Shown one piece after another: positions 10,536 to 24,690 of a stretch of DNA of 64,000 nucleotides (position 1 is the stretch's first letter; every line of letters starts with the position of its first letter). The DNA comes from Callorhinchus milii. Lineage: Eukaryota. The DNA lies in assembly GCF_018977255.1 (NCBI RefSeq), contig NW_024704743.1, forward strand, positions 73,720,001 to 73,784,000, read 5' to 3'. The position numbers were made by a program, and so were the translations under genes. The notes under the pieces were generated by a model, which worked only from the letters and a program-made list of their open reading frames with translations, did not search any database and was not told the DNA's origin.

Positions 10536-13030
10536 CAACAACAACTTGGATTTATATAGCGCCCTCCACGCCGGACGGCGTCTCAGAGCGCTTTACAGTA
10601 ACGGATCCCGGGGCCGAGCCGGGGGGAGGGGGAGGAAGGTAACCAAAGGCGCGGTCGAAGAGAAAGGTCTTCAGCAGAGACCTGAAAATGGGAAGGGAGG
10701 GAGCGAGACGAAGGGAGTGAGGAAGGCAGTTCCAGAGCCTCGGGGCATAGTGGCTGAAGGCACGGCCGCCGAGGGTGGAGCGGAGGACTCGGGGGACAAG
10801 GAGGAGGCCAGACCCGGAGGAACGAAGGCAACGGGTACTGTTTTGAGGCGAGAGGAGGTCAGAGAGGTTGGGGGGTGCAGAGGAGTGCAGGGATTTGAAT
10901 ACAAGGGTGAGGATCTTGAAATCGATCCTTTCTGGGATAGGCAGCCAGTGCAGTCTGGCAAGGACTGAGGTGATCAGGGAGTGGAGTTTTGTGCGGGTGA
11001 GAACGCGGGCAGCAGAGTTTTGAATGATTTGGATTTTATGGATGTTAGTCGATGGAAAATCTTCAAACGTGCCTTCAGCTCCCCTCTTGACATTCTACCC
11101 CCTCCTCGCTCCCTCCCTTCCCTCCCCTCACCCTGACCATTTCCCCCCTGCTCGGGTCCCGACCCAACTGTCCAGCGCCTTGGGACGTCCTCCCAACGTG
11201 AAAGGCGCTCTATAAATGCAATCTTGTTGTTGTTGAGGAGGGCGTTGGAGTAGTCCAGCCGAGAGGTGACAAAGGCATGGACCAAGGTTTCAGCGGCTTT
11301 TGGGGAGAGGTATTGGCGGAGACGGGCAATGCGTCGGAGGTGGTAGAAGGCACTGCTGGTGAGGAACTGGATGTGGGGGAGGAAGGATAATTGGGGGTCG
11401 AACCTGACGCCTAGGTTGGTACGGGTTTGGAGAGTTTTCGGGGGAGGTCGGGTAGGTGGAGGAGGTGAGAACCGTGAGATTTTAGACGTTGACGAAAGCC
11501 AAAAAGTATGGCTTCCGTCTTGTCAATGTTCAGCTGAAGGAAGTTTGCGCTCATCCAGCCCCTGAGATCTGACAGGCAGACTGACAGAACATCAGGGGAC
11601 TGGGGGTCGCTAAGAGAGTTGGAAAAATAGAGTTGGGTGTCATCTGCATACGTGTGGAAATGTACCCCATGTCTGCAGGTGACATCCCCAAGAGGGAGCA
11701 TGTAGATCAGAAAGAGGAAGGGGCCAAGGATGGATCCTTGGGGTACCCCACAGGTGACCGGGTGAGAGTGGGGGAGAAGCCGTTTGTGCAGATGTACTGC
11801 TGGCGGTTTGTGAGGTAGGACTCGCACCAGACGAGTGCGGTCCCACTGAGGTGGATGACGGAGGAAAGGCGGTGGAGGAGGATGGCGTGATCGACTGTGT
11901 CGAATGCGGCGGAGAGGTCCAGGAGGACAAGGAGGCAGAGGGAGCCCTGGTCACAGATAGAGAGGATGTCATTTGTGACTTTCACAAGCGCAGTCTCTGT
12001 ACTGTGGGCAGCGCGGAGACCAGACTGGAGGGGTTCGAAGAGGGAGTGGGAGGAGAGGTGTACGCGAAGTTGGTTGGCAACGACGCGTTCTAGAACTTTT
12101 GAGAGGAAGAGCAGGTTAGAAATAGGGCGGTAGTGGCTGGGGTTTGAGGGATTTAGGGAGGGTTTTTTCAGGAGGGGGTGATGACAGCAGTTTTGAGGGA
12201 GGCAGGGACTGATCCGGAGGAGAGAGATTGGTTGAGATGTCAGCCAGTAGTGGGCAGAGGAGGGGGAGCTGGGTGACCAGTAAGTTGGTGGGGAGGGGGT
12301 CGAGGCAGCAGGTGGTGGGTTTCATGGAGGTGATGGTGGGTGAGAGGGACGAGGGAGAGATGGGGTGGAAGGAATGTAGAATGGGGGTGGTGGTAGGAGC
12401 AGATGATCCACCTGCACCTTTTTTGACAAGGTGCAGGTGAATGAGCTGCCTGGCGGATGTTAAGTATTTTAGAAGAAAAGAAGTCCATGACCTCCTCGTA
12501 CTTGGCATTTGATATGAAGATTGAAGTGGCATGAGGGGGCTCACGGAGGAGGTAGTGGTTGGTGGAAAAAAGGATTTTTGAGTTGTGTTTAGCCTCCAAG
12601 ATGATGTTGGAGTAGAAAGTCATTTTTGCACGAGTCAAAGAACGGCGGTAGCTGTGGAGATGCTCGAGCCACAGTTGGCGGTGAATTGTCAGGCCAGTTT
12701 TCCACCATTTGCGCTTGAGCAGACGGGTTTGAGTTTTTTGGCGGCAGGGATTGTTGCTATACCAGGGGGATCGGGTGTGTTTGGAGATGATCCTAGATTT
12801 CAGGGGCACGGGGGAGTTGAAAGTGGAGGAGAGGCGATCATGGAGCAGCTGGACGGCTGCTTCAGGATCTGCGCAGGTGGAAGGCCAGAGGGAAAGGATA
12901 TTTGATGATGAGAGGGCATTTGCAAGGGTCTCAGGGGGTAGCCTTTTCCAAGGGAGGTAGAGGATGGTTGAGGGCTTGGTGGAGGACAGAGCGATGTGAG
13001 AGGAGAAGGAGATGAAAAAGTGGTCCAAGA
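10536..13030 (-). mobile_element. L2-clade LINE, 5'-truncated, disrupted ORF2 (RT)
   Basis: RT motifs LLDLSAAFDTVDH, GVPQGSILGP, YADDTQLY, FLQLNIDKTE, VHAFVTSRLDYSNALL; 3' tail ending (TTG)n at 10536; frameshifted. Confidence 0.95.
11062..11235 (+). mobile_element. L2 3'-end fragment nested antisense inside the L2
   Basis: Ends gtgaaaggcgctctataaatgcaatc(ttg)n; splits the host peptide NALL|FPSTNIHKIQIIQN. Confidence 0.85.
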
Positions 13031-13631
13031 TGGCCTTGTCCACTATGTTTTCTTGTTCCCCATCCTCCCTGCCAGCTTCTTGTCATTATCCCCCTCTGCC
13101 CATCTGATATCAGTCTTGCCTACCCCAAGGTACCAGCCTGGTCCCCTATACCTGCTGGATGCTAGTCTTGTTCTCTTGCTCCCTGGCGACAGTTTGTATT
13201 TTTGTTCGATTATTGAGGAAAGACAGGTATGTGGAGAGCTGACACTGCTCCAAGATGATATGCTTGACAATGGGATGTCAGAATCAACAACAACAACAAC
13301 AAGATTCCATTTATAGAGCGCCTTTCACGTCGGGAGCACGTCCCAAGGCGCGTGAAACGAGTGAAACTGATATGGTGATCTCAATGGTCCAGTTTCTGAC
13401 CACACTACTGCGAACTCAGTCAATCTGACTTGTCAGCAGGACTCGAAGGGGAAATTAGGGCAGGTGCATTGGGAGCAGGGAATCTTCTCTCTCAGCTCAT
13501 TTAACCCTGCAACCCAAGGCCTTATTGATTAGACTGGTCCTGGCAGGACAAGCAGCAACAACTTGCATTTATAAAGTCTCCTTCAAGTAGGATAGCATCT
13601 TGGAGTGCTGAAACTGTAACCAACAGGAAGA

Positions 13632-13955
13632 TGGAGACCTGTAGCTTACTGGTTAGACCACTTGTCTTGCAAGTGAGAAGACCTGGGTTTGATTCCCGGA
13701 TTCCACTCCACTCTGTTTACTTAGCAACAAGTAGGAACCCGATTGTTAGTTGATTGGCGAATCATTTTCCGGGGGTAATAAAGCCTTTTTTAAAAACGAT
13801 GTGGTCACTCAGTCCACGACTGTTTGTGGACACTGCTGTGCACAATTGACTGTAGCATTTTGCCCACAAAATATACAGTATATTCTGTGAAGCATTTGAG
13901 ACGTCCTGAAGACACGATAAGGCACTATATCAAATGCAAGTATTTTTATTATTTT
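13632..13955 (+). mobile_element. tRNA-derived SINE, long variant
   Basis: Head ggagacctgtagcttactggttagacc, central taggaacccgattgttag segment, tail. Confidence 0.88.
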
Positions 13956-14486
13956 TACTAGACTGTGCTGTCAATGGCAACCTACGTGGTTTGAGCTGGT
14001 TAAACTCCACCAGTACCCTTAATTTACACTCTATGGTCACCAAGCCTCGGCTTGCCTACTACTCTGGAACGAACTGAGTAAGATGCATCCGTATAGAGAG
14101 AGAACGAGCATTATAATTCCTGACATGGGGAAATTTCCATATGTGGAACTCTTGTCAGGTGTGGATTTTCTTAAGCATGGTGATGGCTTGTCCATTGTGT
14201 CAGACACCTGGCTGACCCCAAAAGTCTTTTCCACTGTCTGTTTGCCACAATCATGCCTTGTTTCAGCCATCCTTGCTTGTTCTGGAGGATGCACCATCAT
14301 ATAATTGCTTCTCCTGTGCTGTCTATTACCCATTGAATTATTTGTTGCTGTGTGTGACACTACCTGTGTGAAAGACCCTATATAAATAAATGCAAGTTGC
14401 TGTTGTTGCTTTGCTGTCCCTGCATCAAAAAGCCAAACAGATTTAACTTAAATCTTTGAAGCTCATTTTTTCTTTTTCTATTTCAG

Positions 14487-14566
14487 GATTTGTTTTTAGT
14501 CAGTCAGAAGCTACATCTTTAGAACAATTTGAAGGTGGTCCCTGTGCCGTGATTGCACCTGTTCAG
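14487..14566 (+). CDS. MINDY3: MINDY3 exon 2: (G)FVFSQSEATSLEQFEGGPCAVIAPVQ (catalytic Cys)
   Basis: tttcag acceptor, CAG|gtaaag donor, 80 nt, GGPCAV active-site motif. Confidence 0.97.
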
Positions 14567-15179
14567 GTAAAGTATGGACAGTACCTGCTTATTTGAGTTG
14601 TTCATCTTCCTGCTGTTGGAGGAAAATTTATTAATTTGGTACTGAAACATTTCACTGGCTCATGACGTAAATTTGACTTATTTATGAAGTAGCATAGGAA
14701 CAGCTAAAAGATAATTTTCTTAAACCAAATCTTGGCACAAAAAGAAATGTTCAAGCCATCATTCTTTCTCTTACTAATTTTCTTATCTCCAAAATATTTT
14801 GGGCTCCTTTTTCCTACAGATGAGATTAACTAATTTGGAACAGAGCATAGATTGAATTGATTGGTTTCTCTAGGACGATTTAGCTGGAAAACTTCTCTTT
14901 GCTGTGTTCTGTGGGTAACAACAAATTGCATTGATTTTGTGCCTTTCACTATATCAATTTGTGGAGTCCTTTAGTGTATTGGTTTTATTGAGTATTAGCG
15001 GTTTTGGTTCCCGGGCAGAGCGAATCCTTAGGCAAGTTTCCTTACTCCACTTATTTTCCTAGCAGTGAGTAGGAACCCGGTTCTTAGCCGATTGACAGAT
15101 TGTTTTCTAGGGTTATTAATCCCTTTAAAATAAATAAGAATAAATAATTTCATCATTTTGCACAATTGGCTGCCGCCAA

Positions 15180-15590
15180 TCAAAATCCTTGTCCTTGCTT
15201 TCAAATCCCTCCACAGCCTTTCACCTCCCTACCTCTGTGGCCTGCTAACTCCATACCGACCTATACCCTCCCTCCGCTCAGCGGGCTACTGCCTGCTCCA
15301 TGTCCCCTGCCCGGCCTGCCCCCCATTGGCAGTCAGGCCTTCAGCCCTCTGCTCCCACCTTTTGGAATGCCAACCTCCAGTTTCTTCACCTCAACCCCTC
15401 CCTTGCCTGCTTCAAGGCTCGTTTCAAAACCGTTGTTTTCAACTGCAACTTCAGTCACCCTCCTACTCCTACTCCCTGCCCTCCACTCCTCCTGATTCCA
15501 ACCCCAACTAGGGACCAAATCCTTGACTGTCAAGTACCTTGGATGTCCTCACGATGTGAAAGGTGCTGTATAAATTTGTTGTTATTACAG
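15180..15590 (+). mobile_element. L2 3' fragment
   Basis: KILVLAFKSLH.LSPPYL remnant and gtgaaaggtgctgtataaatttgttgtt tail. Confidence 0.8.
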
Positions 15591-16356
15591 ATATGCTTCT
15601 GTTGCATTTTAGCCAGAATAATATTAGTCAGAACATCAAAAAAGTTGGACATTTGTCGAGAGCTAAAACCCGAATGAGTCAGGCTCAAATACTTAACTTG
15701 CCTTATTTTGTTAAGTGTACATCTTAATTTCATTTGGTTTATATTTTTGATGGGCAACTGAATTCTCAAAGCTTTATTTGAATCTTGAATCAGTGCCTCT
15801 TTAGACTGTATTCTTGTTATGTAAGATATGATTTCTTCTGATGTGATCTAATAATATAACGTGTACTCTGATATCATTACAATTACAATCTGAGAATAGT
15901 GGATTACCAATACCAGCAGTTTGTAGCTTCGAAGTGCAGATGTATTCTGTAAATGTAGTGGAACAATTCAGTTTTATATGGGCTCCAAAATAACTGCATT
16001 ATATGATCCAGTTCATCTGGATGCTTTGTAAATCTGTAACCCCTTGTAAAGTAAAAGCATGTAACTTCTTTTTAACTATTTTAAACTCAAACTGTACATC
16101 ATTTTTTAGGTATCTGTAACTAATTGATTGTCTTGAAGTTAAAGTGGTACAAACTAGGAGGGGGGTTGGGGGGGAAACTTCCAAGAATATTGAGATATTT
16201 CTCGCCACCATTTTCAGACCACTTTCAGTGAGAAGCAGCTTCATCTCATTGTTCAGCTCGTTCATAATTTTCACTAACTGCGTGAATGAATATTTTTACA
16301 TCTTTTATGATAAGTGTAAGAAACATTTGGATTCCTAAAGCATTTTCTTTTTGCAG

Positions 16357-16417
16357 GCTTTTCTGTTAAAGAATGTTGTGTTCGGTAATGAAAAACAAAA
16401 TTGGCGAGAATGTACAG
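16357..16417 (+). CDS. MINDY3: MINDY3 exon 3: AFLLKNVVFGNEKQNWRECT
   Basis: ttgcag / CAG|gtaacc; 61 nt; frame consistent. Confidence 0.95.
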
Positions 16418-16626
16418 GTAACCTATCTTGATATCGCTCTCCAAAGTTTACGTTTTGTTGTCCTCTAATTTCTGATTGCATAAATCTACTTGGTAAATCC
16501 ATCAAATATTTTTTAAAAAGTATGAATATAGGTGTGGAGGTTTTATTGATGCAATCGTAATTAATGATAATCCTTGCATTTTGATGCAGTACCTCAGCAC
16601 ACCAAAACATATCTCAAAGCACTTCA

Positions 16627-16942
16627 GTGGAGTCCTGTAGCTCAGTGGTTAGAGCACTCGCTTTGCAAGTGAGAGACCTGAGTTCAATTCCAGGCAGAGG
16701 GAGAAACCTTGGGCAAGTTTCCTTACTCCACACGCCTAATAATAATCCCTCCAAAACCAAAAACAATAATAAATTGGTCATTTTCAATCTACGACTGTTT
16801 GTGGGACATTGCTGTGCGCAATTGGCTGCCGCGTTCGCCCACAAATATACAGTCAATTCACTTTACAGTGTGTTCTGTGAAGCGCTTTGGGACGTCCTCC
16901 CGACGTGAAAAGCGCTATATCAAATGCAAGGATTATTATTAT
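16627..16942 (+). mobile_element. tRNA-derived SINE, well-preserved copy
   Basis: GTGGAGTCCTGTAGCTCAGTGGTTAGAGCACTCGCTTTGCAAG...GTTCAATTCC head; L2-like tail. Confidence 0.92.
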
Positions 16943-17470
16943 AGACTTTCTGTAATGATTGTAGTGAGTATTTATAGATGGATGCGGCAGCAGATTTGTG
17001 TGCCGCAAAGCCTCATAAATGGATTAAAAAAAAGTTCCTCCTAACTAACTCCTAACTAAAATTCCTTTTGCTCCTTCCTTCTGATTTTTAACTTTTAATG
17101 TAGTAAATAGCTTGCCCACACCTACTTTGTCATCCTCATTCTTAATTTTGAGAACTTGAACACATTCACTTCAAAATCATTTTCCCCAGGAGAGCCAGTA
17201 TAGTTTCCCTAACCTTCTTAATTATTTTTCTAACATCCTCCTGAAGTGAAAGGCACTATATAAATGCGATAAGTTGTCTTTTTACTGATAACCAAGATTG
17301 TGTTGGCACACCTCCAAGACCTTTATACACTCAAGGTAAATATTTTCTGCATCTTCTAGGAATTGATGCATGCAGTATTCTACTCAGGTTCAACAACCTT
17401 TTATACAGTAACATGCGTACAATTCTTTGATTTGTATTTTATCCTTGTATCAATTGAAACAAGTTATATA

Positions 17471-18000
17471 CAGTAAATCTCTGAAGTATCACTCAGGACC
17501 ATAATATCTAATATGACTTCCATGAAGTCCGAGTTGCAGGCAAACTGTATAAGTTGGATCAAATCCGATTTAATCAATAATATAAACTGCACGTGAATAA
17601 TTCAATGCAGCCAGTAAATGCCCACGTGGTAGTTCATCACTGCAGCCGTTAAGTGCGTACTCGGTGATACATCACGATTATTTCCCGTGATTCAATGCAT
17701 CTTAACCAGTTTCCTCGTGTGCACTTGTAAGCAAGCATGGGAATCGCATTGAATTGTGGGAAATGACGTTCTTTTGCACGTGCGTTGACAGATCAAGGCT
17801 ACGTTTCCCGTGATTCATTGCAGATTGCAGCCGGTATGTGCGGGAGTAATGGAGGATAGAGGAGCGTTGTTGAGTTGGGAGATGATTAATAGGGCTATTG
17901 CAAAGAAATCTAAGTAGTTTTGATAGGAAACTAAGTAGAACTTGGGTGGACTTAGGCGATTATATGATGTGCAAAGGTAAGACTTGTATAAGTTTTACTG
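17471..18000. mobile_element. Tigger-like non-autonomous DNA transposon
   Basis: TA|CAGTAAA...TTTACTG|TA; internal direct and inverted copies of tttcccgtgattcaatgca; appears to interrupt a decayed LINE. Confidence 0.6.
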
Positions 18001-19179
18001 TATTTTTGTGCAATCACGCACTGGATTGACAGATTTATAGTTGTATTCACAATAACCCCCAGATGTTCTTTATTATGTTGTTTAATTGTTTCACTTAACG
18101 TGCACTTTTAAGTTCTTTCCTCCAAAACTCAATTATTTTACACCTGTTCACTTTGAACTGCATCAAACTGTTTTTTATAGTCCAGCTTCCTAAAAGATTC
18201 AAATTCTTCCAAATCTGAATACATTTTAATTTAATTCTTCCTGCTGGTTTGGTGTAATGTTCAAACTCGACTAATTGAATTATTGAACCGTAATCCAAGA
18301 CATTAATCTGTAAGAGAAAAAATGGACTATACTTCACGTAATGTATTTTCAGTTGGAGACATTCCCTCAGTTTTCTGTATTTAAGCCAATTAACCAGCCA
18401 AGACCATATGTGATCCTAGATTCTGTGACTAGTCATTAATGCAGAATTTTGTTGAAAACTTTCTAAAAATCCACTTGATATCCAGAGTACTTTGTAAGAA
18501 CACATAATAAATACAGAATAATAAAACTGAGCTGCTCTTATGTTCAGCTGAACCACTTGAGTGAAATTGAAGTAGTTTGATTGGCAGGACTAAAGGATTG
18601 TATTACAGGTGAAGTCACATAAACCATCTTGTTATAAGTTGTATATTTGCCTAAGTCGTACATGCACCCAAATCCCATTCATTTTCTACTAAAACCCACT
18701 TCGATTTCTTTGCACTAGTCAGATTTTACAAGTCAGATAAATGGCTAAATCGTAACGATTTCTTGGTCTCGAATAAATTACAAATAACGTAAATCCTAAT
18801 GGAAATAATTTTCCAACCTGTATCACCACACCCGCATCTACCGGCTGCATTGACAAAGTTTGATACAGTGAAATAATTCAGTTACAGTGTTCTTTGTAAG
18901 AGTTCATGTTCTATTAAAATATTTCATTTTGAAATATGTTTGCTAGCGCCATTCATTGTACAGGTTTTCTGTACATGAGGACATGTGCATTGTACAGATG
19001 TACTGTATTTGTTTTGTATTAGTCGGATATAATCCGATTTATTCATAACTCGTACTTTGAATAAGTTGTTTCCATTGTTATGGTCCTGACTGATGCAACT
19101 TATGCAAGTTTATCTGAACTTCCATCCATACCTAGTCATGCAGTTAGACACAATCGTTGAAGTGAATGAATATTTTGCT

Positions 19180-21100
19180 TCAGACTTTCCCATGGGGAAG
19201 AGGAATATGATACCAGAAGTACGGGGAAGGCTTGAGGTTTGCAAATGGGAGGAAAATTGCAAGGATTAGTACAAACCAATCATTGTAATGTATGGAGCTA
19301 TTGGGACCAAAGTGTTGAGGTCCAAGAATTCAACATTAGTATGGCAACGTTTTTAGATTGGATCAAAAGTCTAAAAATCAATAAAACCTCTGGAACCGAT
19401 AAGTTGAATATCAAGGTAAATGAAGATGAGGGAGATTTGTGAAATAATCACAAGCATTTAAGGGAGGTAGACACTGAGGAATCTGACAGATTGGAAAATT
19501 GCAAATCTGATTGAAATATTCCAGAAACTAATGGCTCTTTGTTAAGAAGCAAGATACGTATTAACCAGATTGAATTCTCAATAATTGGAAAACTAACTGA
19601 ATCAATGGTTAAAAGTAAAATGGGATGAAATGTGTGTAAAAAAACAAAACAAATAAAAACTTAACACCTTCAGAGGGGACAGATCTTGTCTGACCCAAGT
19701 CTTGGTACTTTTGAGGTAACATCCCAGCTTGCCAGAGGGAGGTCAGGCTGTACCTTTTGGTACATTTTTTTTCATCACCACAATGCAAGGATGGTGCCCA
19801 GACCCTAAATGGACCGCAAAATGGCTGATCCCCAATGTTCAGGGGATGAACTGTATGAAATGGCTAAAGAAACAGACTTCAGCTTTGAAAAGTGTCCGAG
19901 GGTGGCCCTTATAGAGGTATATAAGATGCTTAATGCAAAAGAGAAAGTCAACCCAGAACATTACTTTCAGAAGTACAAAACCATTAAGATAAGAGGTCAC
20001 AAGTTCAAGGATGTAAAGGGCAATTTTAGGATAGACCCCAGGAAGTATTTCTAGAGTAACTAAACAACTGGAACATGTTATCAGGACGGTTGGACTCAAT
20101 TAAAAAATGGCTTGATGCTGTAATTTGAGGACAGTAGAGCTAGTATTGTGGAAAAATGAGATCAATTAGGCTGAAATGCCTCCTTCCACTGAATCTAACT
20201 TAAAAACACAAACCAAGAGAGAAACCAAGTAACTACAGTACAGGCAAGAGAGTTTTACATCAGTCATATGAAAACAACTAGAAATAATATTTACAGCAAG
20301 TGAACCCTTGGGCAAGTATGAATTTGGAATTTGTCAGAGTCAGCATGTTCTTTGTTTAAAATTATGTCTTATTAACTAAACAGTTCTTTGACAAAATCAT
20401 CTGACAAAATCATCTTAGTGGTAGGTAGAGGTGAATGGATGTAATTTAAATAGATTTTCAGAAGTCATTTGGCAAGTTTTTATATAGAGGTTATTAGCTA
20501 AAATTATAGTCAGTCAACTGTTGTGGAATTGAAATTGGATGAGGGGAAGAAAGCAGAGTTGAGATAATAGGTGCAATTTTGGGGGATGAGCTGTGTAGTC
20601 GACATCCCGTGGCAATGGCAAGTGGTGAATAATGGCAAGTGGAGTTCAATGTAAGAGGTGCTTTGGGCACAACAGCAGATGAAATATGTTTAAAATTGCA
20701 GGGAGATAATTAGCAAATAGATTGTGTAGTCCTGGTTTAAATGTAGTTTCATTTTTACTTGTAGAATTAAGTTAAAAAGACTTATTCTAGGCATTATCAC
20801 AAGAAGTGATGGAGAGAAGAGAATTTACAGAGTATGATTTTTTCTTGTGATAGATGAATTCAGAACAAGGTCATATGTCCTAAAATGAATGCTAATCCGG
20901 TTAGAAAATATTTTTTCCACACAGTATTACAAGAATGTATAATGCACTGGCACATTAAATACAGAATAGAATAGGTTAAGATGTTAAAAGGGAGATTGAT
21001 GCATACTTGAATATTACGGGTTATTGAAAAAGAGCAATACAATGGAATTTAAGATATAAAGAGCTGTTATGGTTTATTAAAATGGAATTGTGTGCCTCAT
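19180..21100 (+). mobile_element. Highly decayed CR1-like fragments
   Basis: LIEVYKML...IRGHKFK...FRID.RKYF remnant (19809-20054) and further decayed RT-like pieces. Confidence 0.65.
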
Positions 21101-21346
21101 GGATTGTTTTAGTAGTGTATGCTTGATAAAAGAGTAATATAGATGACAGTCAAATGGATTTGAAAGGTTCAATATATAATTTTATGTGTTTTTTTCAGAG
21201 AAAAAAAAATGTTTTGGGCAATTCATATATGTTGTAGGTTTTTATTGACCTATCAATGAATGAGAATGATTTGTAAATTATTAATTTGCAGTGATTTTCT
21301 CTGTATGTGTTGTAAACGTATAGTCTTATTTTGATTTATTTTTTAG

Positions 21347-21523
21347 AGGAAGAACGTAAGAACTTCTTCTGCCTCACGTTGTGTGAAATTCTAGAAACTG
21401 CAAGATTAAAGCATTCCAGCCCCTTTTGTTTGGTAACATTACCGCGAGACAGGAAACAAGAGGGGCATGCCAGCATTTCTGACCAGCCAGAATCCAGCCA
21501 AGGGTCAGAGGAGGAACAGCTCT
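21347..21523 (+). CDS. MINDY3: MINDY3 exon 4: (E)EERKNFFCLTLCEILETARLKHSSPFCLVTLPRDRKQEGHASISDQPESSQGSEEEQL
   Basis: ttttag / T|gtaaga; 177 nt, phase 1-1; similar to MINDY3 LCHTLCDILESA. Confidence 0.93.
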
Positions 21524-24500
21524 GTAAGAAACCAACTTTTTGGATAAATAATAATAAATTATGGTGAATATTTTCTTAAAGAAACACTTTTGCTGTTTTG
21601 ACTGCTTAATTTAGGTGTCTGCATGTCTATTATTACAAATAAAATCAAGACTGTAGTGAAAAAACCTTGAGTTCGACAGTTGTGATTGATGCAGAATGTA
21701 AAAGTTAATTGTTAGAAATGCTGTTGATTTGCATGAGCACTATTTCTGGCTGGTTTGGGGGGCACATGATTGCTAAATAGACGTGTTGTGTAGTTACACG
21801 ATCCTGCAGGCTCTTACCTCAAACATTCATTGTTTTCAGGCTGGGCAAAGTGTTTTAAGGAAATAACTGCTACACTAAGAGTCGCAGCAGGAAGCATCTT
21901 GCTTGCATAGCATGTTGATCATGTTGTAATTTTGTATGGAAAGCAATTGTGCAATCTCTTCCACAACTTAAATGTTGGCAAGTCCTTATCTCTTTTGAGC
22001 TACCTGGGAATACTTACAGTGTATGCAAGAGATTCCTGCAGTATCTTTACTTAATAGGTTTTCATGTGGCGTATGCCCCTACGCAGTTTCCTTCTTTCCA
22101 AGCTTCCACACTTTTCCTCCTCCCTATATTAAAATTGAAACTGCACGTATGCCATGGCCTCCTCTTTCCCAAGACATCAAGAATGGAGCTCTTTGCTTCT
22201 CTTTGCTCCCTCATACAATCTAGAGATACTTTTTAAAGTACAAGCTTGTTATCAATGAAGTTAGAATCGTGTACTTATAGACTTTTCTTTATATTCTACA
22301 TTTTATTACAATGTGTATTAATTAGCACATTGGGTTTTTACTACGTTCCAATTTTTTTAAAAGAACATGCTTATCTTATAGTGGGTGACTTTGAGTATTG
22401 CTAAATTTGTCCCATTGAATGTATCTGTTACCTTTCATTCCACCCCTGTTATGCTTGTTTTAATAACAGCAACATTCGTGAAGCTGGACTTCAGCATTAG
22501 CTTGTGTGTGATGGCATTTTACTGCTGATGAGTAAGATATTGACTTTGCCACATTTGGATTTGATGGGACTGGGATCAAATGTATCTCAGAATTGATTCC
22601 CCTGTTATTATTACTTTCACATTTAGCCAGACACAGAAAAATATGAGCAACTGAGTAATGTGAGGAAATTAACTCAGGGGAAACGCTCCATGCCTGTAAG
22701 ATGTGCTGAGGAGTGGTGGGACTTGGATTTGTGTTGGACGTTTTTCATGTGAGCTCCTAAATTGGTGTTTTAAAAACTGGCTTACATAAGATCTTACCAG
22801 CCAGTTTGCACTTTTACTCTGCAACTGTATTGGAGGGTATGTTGCATAGCAATGCATCTTTGGTGGGTGAATAGGAAGAAAGGACGACCTCGTCAGTCCA
22901 ATTGAGTGGTGCAGCCTCATATTCTGAACAACCAATTTGAGGGAAAGTGGAGTTAACTTGTATTCGACCCGCCCTCAACATTTCTCTTGAAAATTCATGA
23001 CTGTCAATAGTTGTATACTCAAGCCTTTAAAGGCTTCCTGTATGATGAAGCCAATTGACAAAGATTGACCAATGGACCTTCTCCCTCCCATAAAGCTGCA
23101 ATCAAGTAACTTTATATAAATAGGTAACCCATAGTCTCATAGTAGAAGTGGAGGAGAAAAGTATTGATTAATGGGAGTCTATCTGTGAAGCACAGTCTTG
23201 ACCTACAGTAAATACAAATGAGGTCAAATTAGGATTAATCAGATGCATCTTCAGTCCAGAGAAAGTTTTGGAGTCCTGATGGAATGGTGGACAATGGTGG
23301 AAAGGCAGAATCTTGTTCACCTCCTGGAAGAGTTTTAAAGACTATCTATCTTCTATCATTTACGATGCAAATTGAAATCACGATTACTTTGAATTCAATG
23401 TAACCAGACTCAACGCTTCCTTGTTGTGATTCCATTTGACCTGACTGCAAACAAGGTCCTAGACATCTTATTTTTTCAGTCTGCCAATGAATTCCATTGA
23501 AATCTGAACAGACACCCTTTCACCTTTCCCTTCCCACTTAAATCAGGATTGAATCAGGATATATATTTAATTGCATTTAATTTCCATTGATCACCTTCAG
23601 TAAAATGTAGGTTGACAGCTTTAATGTCCCCTGCCATTCATACCTTGGATTCATACCATTCATTTCCCTTCATATCTTGGAACCTCGACAAGGTGTCAAC
23701 CTACCCAATTCAAGAAACTCACCAAGCAGTTGAGTGTTAGTCCAATTTATCACTGTTGGTTGCAAAAAGGTGACTGCAGCCACTGGGATATGTATATTAT
23801 CCATCAAACAGCATCATGTATCTTGAACAGCTTGGCTACTGAATTATTAAAATGAAAGAAAATAAATAGCAGTACCATCATCTTGTTTGGAAAAATTACT
23901 ATTGAATAGCTCTTGCTCTTGACCTGTTACAAGATTGGCATAGATAGACATCTATCTGACAGCGGGTCAGCACAGCACAAATTAGTCGAGAAACTTTAAA
24001 ATGGTGGGTGGGGAGAGAAGATTGAAACCAAGAATTTATTTATGGCTTATTTTTAACTTCAGGGCAGCAAAACTATTTACATTAAAAATGTTCCCTAAAA
24101 CTGAGCCATTTTTGTGTATTGAATGCAAGCAGATTGCATTCATACAGGATGCTGTTAAAACCTGATATTGCCTGTGTGGTGTACAATGTATTTTTTCTGG
24201 GGTGCACTTGTCCATCAATTGGGTTGATCAAGCAATTTGTTAGAGATGTAGATTTGTCAATATGTTAAGCAGGGTTTCCAAATTTTAAGTGCAAGACAAT
24301 TGGGTGGGGCTGGGTGGGGGGGGCAGGAAAGAAATGAAATTTTTAAAGAAATTATCTTAAAACTATACATGCTGAAATGTATTTTTTACATGTTGATTTA
24401 TGCGTAGTTGAGCATAATATCTTAAATGTCATGCCAGTACTGGATATGATTGTAAATTGAGGAGAACAAAATCTTACACATTAGATGTTTTAAAAATCAA

Positions 24501-24638
24501 TTGTTTGCCGGCTTGAAGAACAATAGAACATTTACTTCTATTAACCTTTTAACACTGAAATACAATAGAGCTTTGCTGTGTGTAATCTTTGTTTTATTGC
24601 TGTCTGTGGTGCTGAAAAGTGTCTGGTTTTATGTATAG

Positions 24639-24690
24639 CTGCCTTGGCTGCAGAGGAGCTTGGCTCTGAGAGATTTCATACGCTGATTCA
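24639..24690 (+). CDS. MINDY3: MINDY3 exon 5: (S)ALAAEELGSERFHTLI(Q)
   Basis: tatag / CA|gtaagt; 52 nt. Confidence 0.95.

Noticed and set aside
16627..16705. Apparent tRNA-Ala(TGC) gene (also 3482, 13632, 33460)
   Set aside because: No acceptor stem pairing; continues into a SINE body and tail, so these are SINE heads.
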